From Eledone cirrhosa (lineage: Eukaryota), in assembly GCA_964016885.1 (NCBI GenBank), contig OZ024740.1, positions 296,856,001-296,920,000 on the forward strand: a stretch of DNA of 64,000 nucleotides, written 5' to 3'. The notes beneath the pieces were generated by a model. It ran no database searches. It worked only from the letters and a program-made list of their open reading frames with translations, and had not been told where the DNA came from. Positions 1 to 64,000 of the stretch are shown in pieces. A program made the position numbers and the translations under genes. How positions within the stretch are numbered: position 1 is the stretch's first letter; every line of letters begins with the position of its first letter.

Positions 1-1260
1 CATGACCATAGGTAAGGGTTGGCATGAAAAGCGAATTGAAGACAGCAAGTTTGGCTTTTACGCCTACCTCCCTTCTGATTACTGTATACTAAAGCTGGAG
101 CATTACTGCACCAGTTTTTGCAATTCTTGCACTTAATTCAGCCTCCTGCTTTCTATCACTCCTGAACACAGCCCCAAGGTACTTGAAATTCTCTATCTGC
201 TTCAGTGGAACTCCAGTCATATGTAGCATGCACTGTGCAGGCTTCCTTGAGAGGAGGACTGTCTCAGTTTTCACAGCACTGATTTTCATCCAGCCATGCA
301 GCATTCGGCATCAAACCTATTGAGTGCAAGTCAAAAATCATCTTCTGTCAAATTAAGTAACACCATGGTGTCTGCAAATTCCAGCCGACTGATTTTAAAC
401 CCACCAGTCATGATATCACTTCTAACCCAGCTGCATATGTCAATCATGTTCATGAAAATAATGAACAGGAGAGGTGATAGTATGCACCCTTGGTGGAGTC
501 TGACTCCCACATTGAATGGTTTCGATTTAGCACCATTTATTTAAACACAAATACTCAGGCATTCATATAGAAACAGCAGGGTACTAAGAAGCTGACCATC
601 AATCCCATACTCCTGCAGAACCTTCCACAGTATGTCCAGAGGAATTCAATCATATGCCTTTCCAAGGTTGACAAAACAAGAATATACTCCCACAATTTCT
701 CAAAAACCTGCCGCAGTGTCCACACTATTCATCAGCTAGCTTGGACTCAATAATCTCCTTGCATCTCTTTGCCAGATACATGGCATATACTTTACCAGGG
801 AGGCTTAATAAGGAGATCCCTCTGTCATAGGAATAATTTCTCTTGTCTCCCTTTTTGAAAATTGGGATTATCACTCCGAATTACCATTGCTTATGTGCCT
901 TTCCAGAGATCCATGCCACTGGGAACACATGAGTCAGCCAGAGAATACCTTCTTTATTTAAGGCTTTTAACATCTTGGGGTGGATTTCGTCTTACCCAGC
1001 AGTCTTGCCACATTTGAGCTCTTTAACTGCTCTTGTGACTTCAACTCCCAAGAAATTAGTTGTCGCTCCAAGATGCACCTTATTTACATCAGAAGATGCT
1101 GTTGTGATTGGGTTTGGAAGATTAGCAAAGTATTCTCTCTACCTCATGAGGATACATCTTTCTGAAGAGAGGAGAACCCCAAATACATTCTTGATAGCAG
1201 GTGTGTAGGAGGGCTTCTTATTAGAGGCAGCCTTTACTCCCCTCATTGCAGCTATGTCAC
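1..1260 (-). mobile_element. Decayed non-LTR retrotransposon RT fragment (RTE-like, different family without PHD insert)
   Basis: Minus-strand GVRLHQGCILSPLLFIIFM and QIENFKYLG...ELSARIAK segments; several frameshifts. Confidence 0.75.
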
Positions 1261-1324
1261 TGGGTTGTGGAAGTCTTCTAAGGAGCTATATAAATATATA
1301 AATATATATAAATATTGTTATTTA

Positions 1325-1512
1325 TAGTGGATTGGCAGTATCAGTAGAGGGTCGGACGCCATGCTTTCCAGCATAGTTACGTCCCTTTACGATCTGAGTT
1401 CAAATCCCGTCGAGGTTGACTTTGCCTTTCATCCTTACGGGGTCGATAAAATAAAGTACCAGTAATGCACTGGGTAATTGCTGGCCTTGTGCCTAAAGTA
1501 GAGACAGTTATT
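1325..1512 (+). mobile_element. tRNA-derived SINE (window-wide family; central domain resembles Meta-type SINE core)
   Basis: A/B-box-like head (tggcagtatc...gagttcaaatccc), core gcctttcatccttacggggtcgataaaataaagtacc; at least 9 near-identical copies in the window. Confidence 0.8.
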
Positions 1513-2118
1513 TATATAAATATTGATAAAGCTTTCTCTCAAATAACTATCAATTTATCTTTTCTATATCTTGTTCTTTTTTCTGTTCCCTCTTCAATAT
1601 TATTTAGCCTTTTTTATGTATTTCCACTTACTCTTATAGCTTTCAGTAAAAATTGTATACTTTATGGAACAAGTAAATTCATATCATTTGTGATTTGATG
1701 AGTTGCTTATTGTCCACAAAGCTTGAATAACTCTTATAACAGAATACTGTTCACAGATCTGGAACAGTGTTACTGTTACATAAACAAACATCCCAAAGAA
1801 ATATATTCTATTACTTACACACCAAAACACAACAATTTATAGCTCACAGATATGCTGACTCCTTTATTGAACAACTTTATAACTATTACAATGACCCCTG
1901 TTTCTCTGAATCACTGCCACCAAGGCTTACTCTATACTCCATGCTCTCTTTACTCAAAATGTCTTTCCCACTGTAGATAATCTCCCTCCCCACAAAAGTC
2001 AACCCTCTGAAAACTTAAACAGAATATTTCTTTTGAATATAAGTATTTTAAGAAAGTATTGAATTTATATATCTTCCTTAGCAAACAGTTTTCTCACTTT
2101 TAAACAATTCTATTGCAG

Positions 2119-56153
<54,035 letters not shown>

Positions 56154-56286
56154 TTGTTGTAATTATACTATGGTGGTTCAACACAGGGATGGGTTGAAAT
56201 GCTATTTTAATGAACTAATATTTCCCCTTTTTTTAATATTATTTAGAGGTTGTCATAAAATTAATAATTAATATATGGAAGATTGT

Positions 56287-59200
56287 TGTATGTCTTATCT
56301 ACACACTGTTTATATTGAGATGTGTATGTCTTATCTACACACTGTTTATGTTGAGATGTGTGTGTCTTATCTACACACTGTTTATGTTGAGATGTGTGTG
56401 TCTTATTTACACATTGTCTATGTTGAGATGTGTATGTCCTATCTTCACACTGTTTATGTTGAGATGTGTATGTCTTATCTACACACTGTTTATGTTGAGA
56501 TGTGTATGTCTTATCTACACACTGTTTATGTTGAGATGTGTGTGTCTTATCTACACACTGTTTATGTTAAAATGTGTATGTCTTATCAACACACTATTCA
56601 TGTTGAGATGTGTGTCTTATCTACACACTGTTTATGTTGGGATGTGTATATCCTATCTACACACTGTTTATGTTGAAATGTGTATGTCCTATCTACACAC
56701 TGTTTATGTTGAAATGTGTATGTCCTATCTACACACTGTTTATGTTGAGATGTGTATGTCTTATCTACACACTGTTTATGTTGAGATGTGTGTGTCTTAT
56801 CTACACACTGTTTATGTTAAAATGTGTATGTCTTATCAACACACTATTCATGTTGAGATGTGTATGTCTTATCTACACACTGTTTATGTTGAGATGTGTA
56901 TGTCTTATCTACACACTGTTTATGTTGAGATGTGTATGTCTTATCAACACACTATTCATGTTGATATGTGTGTCTTATCTACACACTGTTTATGTTGGGA
57001 TGTGTATATCCTATCTACACACTGTTTTTGTTGGGATGTGTATGTCTTATCTACACACTGTTTATGTTGGGATGTGTATGTCTTATCTACACACTGTTTA
57101 TGTTGAGATGTGTGTGTCTTATCTACACACTGTTTATGTTGAAATGTGTATGTCCTATCTACACACTGTTTATGTTGAGATGTGTGTGTCTTATCTACAC
57201 ACTGTTTATGTTGAGATGTGTATGTCTTATCTACACACTGTTTATGTTGAGATGTGTGTGTCTTATCTACACACTGTTTATGTTGAGATGTGTGTGTCTT
57301 ATCTACACACTGTTTATGTTGAAATGTGTATGTCCTATCTACACACTGTTTATGTTGAGATGTGTGTGTCTTATCTACACACTGTTTATGTTGAGATGTG
57401 TATGTCTTATCTACACACTGTTTATGTTGAGATGTGTGTGTCTTATCTACACACTGTTTATGTTGAGATGTGTATGTCTTATCTACACACTGTTTATGTT
57501 GAGATGTGTATGTCCTATCTACACACTGTTTATGTTGAAATGTGTATGTCCTATCTACACACTGTTTATGTTGAAATGTGTATGTCCTATCTACACACTG
57601 TTTATGTTGAGATGTGTATGTCTTATCTACACACTGTTTATATTGAGATGTGTATGTCTTATCTACACACTGTTTATGTTGAGATGTGTATGTCTTATCT
57701 ACACACTGTTTATGTTGAGATGTGTGTGTCTTATCTACACACTGTTTATGTTGAGATGTGTGTGTCTTATCTACACACTATTCATGTTGAGATGTGTGTC
57801 TTATCTACACACTGTTTATGTTGGGATGTGTATATCCTATCTACACACTGTTTATGTTGAAATGTGTATGTCCTATCTACACACTGTTTATGTTGAAATG
57901 TGTATGTCCTATCTACACACTGTTTATGTTGAGATGTGTGTGTCTTATCTACACACTGTTTATGTTGAGATGTGTGTGTCTTATCTACACTGTCTATGTT
58001 GAGATGTGTATGTCTTATCTACACACTGTTTATGTTGAGATGTGTATGTCTTATCTACACACTGTTTATGTTGAGATGTGTGTGTCTTATCTACACACTG
58101 TTTATGTTGAGATGTGTGTGTCTTATCTACACACTGTTTATGTTGAGATGTGTGTGTCTTATCTATACACTGTTTATGTTGGGATGTGTATGTCTTAACT
58201 ACACACTGTTTATGTTGAAATGTGTATGTCTTATCTACACACTGTTTATGTTGAGATGTGTATGTCCTATCTACACACTGTTTATGTTGAAATGTGTATG
58301 TCCTATCTACACACTGTTTATGTTGAGATGTGTGTCTTATCTACACACTATTTATGTTGAGATGTGTGTGTCTTATCTACACACTGTTTATGTTGAGATG
58401 TGTATGTAATATCTACACACTGTTTATGTTGAAATGTGTATGTCTTATCTACACACTGTTTATGTTGAGATGTGTGTGTCTTATCTACACACTATTTATG
58501 TTGAGATGTGTGTGTCTTATCTACACACTGTTTATGTTGAGATGTGTATGTAATATCTACACACTGTTTATGTTGAAATGTGTATGTCTTATCTACACAC
58601 TGTTTATGTTGAGATGTGTGTGTCTTATCTACACACTGTTTATGTTGAAATGTGTATGTCTTATCTACACACTGTTTATGTTGAGATGTGTGTGTCTTAT
58701 CTACACACTGTTTATGTTGAGATGTGTGTGTCTTATCTACACACTGTTTATGTTGAGATGTGTATGTAATATCTACACACTGTTTATGTTGAAATGTGTA
58801 TGTCCTATCTACACACTGTTTATGTTGAAATGTGTATGTCCTATCTACAGACTGTTTATGTTGAAATGTGTATGTCTTATCTACACACTGTTTATGTTGA
58901 GATGTGTGTGTCTTATCTACACACTGTTTATGTTGAGATGTGTGTGTCTTATCTACACACTGTTTATGTTGAAATGTGTATGTCTTATCTACACACTGTT
59001 TATGTTGAGATGTGTATGTCTTATCTACACACTGTTTATGTTGAGATGTGTATGTCTTATCTACACACTGTTTATGTTGAGATGTGTATGTCTTATCTAC
59101 ACACTGTTTATGTTGAGATGTGTATGTCTTAACTACACACTGTTTATGTTGAGATGTGTGTGTCTTATCTACACACTGTTTATGTTGAGATGTGTGTGTC

Positions 59201-60317
59201 TTATCTACACACTGTTTATGTTGAGATGTGTATGTCCTATCTACACACTGTTTATGTTGAAATGTGTATGTCCTATCTACACACTGTTTATGTTGAGATG
59301 TGTGTGTCTTATCTACACACTGTTTATGTTGAGATGTGTGTGTCTTATCTACACACTGTTTATGTTGAGATATATATGTCTTATCTACACACTGTTTATG
59401 TTGAAATGTGTATGTCTTATCTACACACTGTTTATGTTGAAATGTGTATGTCCTATCTACACACTGTTTATGTTGAAATGTGTATGTCTTATCTACACAC
59501 TGTTTATGTTGAGATGTGTATGTCTTATCTACACACTGTTTATGTTGAGATGTGTATGTCTTAACTACACACTGTTTATGTTGAGATGTGTGTGTCTTAT
59601 CTACACACTGTTTATGTTGAGATGTGTGTGTCTTATCTACACACTGTTTATGTTGAGATGTGTGTGTCTTATCTACACACTGTTTATGTTGAGATGTGTA
59701 TGTCCTATCTACACACTGTTTATGTTGAAATGTGTATGTCCTATCTACACACTGTTTATGTTGAGATGTGTGTGTCTTATCTACACACTGTTTATGTTGA
59801 GATGTGTGTGTCTTATCTACACACTGTTTATGTTGAGATATGTATGTCTTATCTACACACTGTTTATGTTGAAATGTGTATGTCTTATCTACACACTGTT
59901 TATGTTGAAATGTGTATGTCCTATCTACACACTGTTTATGTTGAAATGTGTATGTCTTATCTACACACTGTTTATGTTGGGATGTGTATGTTTTATCTAC
60001 ACACAGTTTATGTTGAGATGTGTGTGTCTTATCTACACACTGTTTATGTTGAGATGTGTGTCTTATCTACACACTGTTTATGTTGAAATGTGCATGTATA
60101 TCTACACACTGTTTATGTTGAAATGTGCATGTATATCTACACACTGTTTATGTTGAAATGTGCATGTATATCTACACACTGTTTATGTTGAAATGTGCAT
60201 GTATATCTACACACTGTTTATGTTGAAATGTGCATGTATATCTACACACTGTTTATGTTGAAATGTGCATGTATATCTACACACTGTTTATGTTGAAATG
60301 TGCATGTATACCTACAC
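56287..60317. repeat. ~4-kb minisatellite, 36-bp unit (atgtgtatgtcttatctacacactgtttatgttgag), ~112 copies; last ~7 units are a 35-bp variant
   Basis: 36-nt period; accounts for the 12-aa repetitive ORFs. Confidence 0.97.
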
Positions 60318-60504
60318 GCGATTCACGCAACCTTCCAATATTCAATAAGATATTCACTGTTCAATGTAGTAGTTTGATCATAAAGAGAATATTGCTTTCC
60401 TCAATATTAATACTAAATTATAGTTGCTTCTTTTCACATGTGTTGATAGATATTTTCTGAAATCAACATATCTTTTATCTAACATTTCCTATTGTTTCTT
60501 TATA

Positions 60505-60526
60505 AATAAAATATATTGTCAATAAA
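60505..60526 (+). terminator. Candidate poly(A) signals for the P450 (AATAAA at 60505 and 60521)
   Basis: First canonical AATAAA hexamers I find after the stop codon. Confidence 0.4.
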
Positions 60527-61009
60527 ATAATGTATAATTTCCATCTATTTACATGATATTCATTATTCAAACAAATTAAATATGAATTTATAACATATAG
60601 GTGTACTTATACTATCTCTTATGACAGTAAATATATTTACCCAACCTAAGTATTAAATTAAATTGCAACTGTAAAACCACCTTTTTAATATTAGGGATTT
60701 ACTCCACAATGTCATCCTAGAGTTGAGACTATGGAATAGCCAAGAATTGATAGACAAAACTGTTTTAATTGAAAGACAATAATGATTCAAATCTCATCAG
60801 AAGTTCTATGCTGAGCTATTACAATGTGTTTCCTTAATGTCAATCATCATATTGGGATATGGATTGAATTCCATCACTACTTAATCACAGGGCCACCATT
60901 TATAGAGAATAAATGTTTCTGTATTTCATTAAATGGACTGCAAAAATCAAATATGTCAGTATACGTTTGTATTGTTCCCTTTCACAAATGAAGTTTGAAT
61001 GGCCTTTGA

Positions 61010-61755
61010 GAGCTGTATAACCCCTGTACATGGGTGCAGTTAGCAAAGTTAGAGTTAACAATGAGTACAGAAATTAATTTAGTATGCTAGAAGGAGTCCA
61101 CCAGGTATCTGTTCTCAGCTCTATCCTGTTCATTATAGTCCTCAATGTCATAAGAGAGGACTCCATGACTGGATATCCATTGGAACACTGGTATGCTGAT
61201 ATCTAGCCCCCATAGCAGAAAATATAGAAATAAAATCTGAATTCAAAGGGGCTCAAAGTAAACCTAAATAAGTTTAGAGAGACACTCACACTGTTGACAA
61301 AAATGTTTCTCCCTACATACAAAAGGATGGCGTTGTGTGAGGTGCAATGCATCATGGTAGTGAAACATGGTCAGTGACTGGAGATAAAAAAATGAAACAA
61401 CCATGCTTCGTTGGATGTGCAATGTAAATGTGAGAGAAAGGCAGAGCTTCAACGAACTGGGTCTAAGAGGAATCAGAGGTGGTGTGCAAGAGAGAAAACT
61501 GTGTTGGAATAAGCATATAATGTGCATGGAATTATGATCACTGGGTGAAAAAGTGCCAGGAAATCCCAGCAGAAGGAAGCTACAGATCAAGTAGAGTAAG
61601 GAAGACCTGGGTGGAGGTGGTAAAAGCTGATCTCAAATTGCTGAGACTCACAGAAGAGATAAGGAAAGAATGTGATGAGTGGAGTGATGCTGTGCTGAAA
61701 AAGACACATCCAACCTATATGCAAGTGTGGAAAAACGGATGTAACAATGATGAAA
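61010..61755 (+). mobile_element. Degraded RTE 3' fragment
   Basis: GVHQ.SVLS, YADI, RKTWVEVV remnants. Confidence 0.75.
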
Positions 61756-62369
61756 TAGGATAGAACTCTGAAACCATCAAGTTAATGGCCTTGTTTAATA
61801 TGCTGTGAAAAAGTAAGTAGAAACACAAGTAATGTAGCATGATCACATGTAGACAGACAGAGAAGGTAAACTTCATGTGAGACAGGTGCACAGGAAAAAT
61901 CAACAGGTAGGTTGCACTGTGAATGTATCATTTATGTGTTTCCTCTGATACAAGTATTTTTTGCTCTTGTTATCACCAAGCAGTTCTATGGGCAATAAAG
62001 GTTGAAATAATTGTAAACGCTTCAATGCATTTAGCATGGTATTGAGCTAAATTCCTATTGTATATATATATATATAATATAACACTTCACTTCATCACAC
62101 ACACACATATATATTTATATAAAAGGTAAACAGAAATAACAACACAATCAGTATGGTATCAGATTAACACTTAGCTACCTACCATAATAGCAGGAAGAGA
62201 GTGTTAACGTTTCAGACGCTAGTCCTTCATCAGAAGAAAGAAGGAGAAATAAGTTATATTGAAGGGAAGGGTGGGGTGGAATTGGAAAAAATGTCTTTAG
62301 ATAAAAATAACAGGTCCATTCATGTTGACATCGCTTGGAAAACTCTCTAACTTCTCTTTATATATATAA

Positions 62370-64000
62370 GAAAGAGAAGTTAGAGGGATACAATATAGAG
62401 GAGCAGTGGGAATTCTTGAAGGTTAACCTGCTGAAGGCGAAAAATGAAATCTGTGGCTGGAGCAGACCTTTAGGGAGGAGGAGAGTAACTTGGTTGTGGA
62501 ACAGTAGGGTGGAAGAGACAATTAAGGAAAGAATGACAAGATGGGGGAAGTAAAGAACACTATCAGGTGGCCAGAGAGGAGCTAGGTGACAAGTGTACTT
62601 TGCAAGAAGGAAAGCAGAGGATAGAAAGTTCAAGCATGTTCTACAACACGAGGACCAAAAACATAAGGTGTTCAGGATTGTGAGGCAATGTGTCAAGGAA
62701 AATTGTGATATTTTGGGGGAGAAATGTGTCCATAATGATGATGGTGGACTTGCCCTCACTGATACTGATAAGACGGTAGCTTGGAACTGCCACAACAAGA
62801 GACTACTAAATGAGGAGAATGAATGGAATAAAGATAGTTTGCCCCAAGTTGATCCAACAGAGGGACTAACTGTGCAAGTTAGTGGTAGCATAGTAAGTAA
62901 AGCAATCAAAGATATGAAGACAGGCATGGTAGCTGGGCCTTTGGGGATAGTTGCTGAGATTTTGAAAGCATCTGGAATGGTGGGACATACTATTGTCACC
63001 TGGATAGTAAACCAAGTAATACAGAATGGGGTCATACCAAATGACTGGCATAGCAGCATCATCGTTAACTGATACAAGAGCAAAGGAGACGCTCTAGATA
63101 GGGAAAACTATAGAGGCATTAAGTTATTTGACCAGGTCATGAAGGTCACAGAAAGAGTTATCACACAGCTGATTAGGGACTGAATTGATCTAGATGAAAT
63201 GTAGTTTGGGTTTGTGCCAGGTAAAAGTACCACGGATGCTTGTATGGCAACTACAGGAGAAGTACCTAGCTAAAAGTAAACCCCTCTACTTAGTTTTTGT
63301 TGACTTGGAGAAAGCCTTTGACAGAATCCTCCATTCCATTATCTGGTGGGCTCTTAGAAAATTATAAGTAGATGAGTGGCTTGTGAAAGCTATACAAGCC
63401 ATGTATAAAGATATAGTCAAGATTAGAATTAACAATGAATATAGTGACGAATTTAGCGTAAAAGTAGATGTTCACCAAGGCTCCGTCCTTAGCTACCTAC
63501 CATTTATTATTGCCCTACACACTATAACAGATGAGTTTAAGACTGGCTGCCCATGGGAACCTCTATATGCAGATGATCTAACTCTCATAGCTGAATCTAC
63601 GGCAGAACTAGAGAAGAAATTCCAAACCTGGAAGCATGGCCTAGAATCAAAAAGCCTTAAAGTTAACTTGTCTATGACTAAAGTTCTAGTATGCAGAAAC
63701 GAAAATAAGGCACAGGTTCCCTCTGGGAAATGATCTTGCTCAGTGTGTAGGTAGAAATTCCATTCTATGTCCCAAATGCAAGCTATGGGTACATAAAAGA
63801 TGTAGTGGGATGACAGGCAAGCTATCAAAGAATGAAGGTTTTATATGTGGCCAATGCTCAGATGCAATAAGTAGCAAGTGCCCACTGGATACTAACTCTC
63901 TCAACTGCCCAGATGGTTCTATAGAAATAGTAGACACTTTCCGTTACCTGGGTGACAAAATCAGCAGTGGAGGAGGGTGTTCTGAAAGTACAGTAGCCAG
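62370..64000 (+). mobile_element. RTE-PHD LINE fragment running off the window end
   Basis: Clearly homologous to 10020-11690; multiple stops. Confidence 0.9.

Noticed and set aside
1325-1420. tRNA gene (A/B-box-like sequence)
   Set aside because: It is the head of a multi-copy SINE; no complete cloverleaf
1260-2118. Search for P450 exon 1 (membrane anchor plus PPGP)
   Set aside because: The hydrophobic ORF 1465..1698 starts in a SINE and lacks a proline hinge or suitable donor; exon 1 is probably upstream of the window
56275-60460. Long Cys-rich ORFs (up to 608 aa) and CRISPR-like regularity
   Set aside because: Pure 36-bp tandem repeat lacking stops in two frames; there are no unique spacers and no cas genes, and the context is eukaryotic
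60750-60805. Minus-strand CTGATGA...AAAA cagttttg TC motif
   Set aside because: GAAA is mutated to AAAA and there is no stem I; at best a dead HHR
62195-62240. Minus-strand CTGATGA-aggactagcgtct-GAAACGTT hammerhead-like core
   Set aside because: Core and stem II are present but I cannot form stem I; probably a degenerate PLE end

Overview
This is AT-rich, repeat-dense eukaryotic DNA. The repeat families suggest an octopus-like cephalopod (inference). A single host gene dominates the window: a CYP4V-like cytochrome P450 on the + strand. Eleven coding exons (2119..56153) splice with GT-AG boundaries into one uninterrupted frame of about 446 aa; exon 1 lies upstream of the window. The introns are filled with decayed mobile elements: RTE-clade LINEs carrying a PHD finger inside the RT region, an R4/Dong-type RLE retrotransposon, Penelope-like elements (PLEs), tRNA-derived SINEs, Helitron-like elements and a MITE. 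The most notable non-coding signal is a set of at least 6-8 minimal type I hammerhead ribozyme (HHR) motifs, from several repeat families. Some show compensatory base changes or a U3-A8 core variant, and several are sense to the P450 pre-mRNA. Other points of interest are local tandem duplications that copy splice sites of exons 2 and 8, a ~4-kb 36-bp minisatellite just after the stop codon, and a 27-bp NRF1-like motif array. Most short ORFs in the track are spurious (antisense to TEs or repeat-derived).
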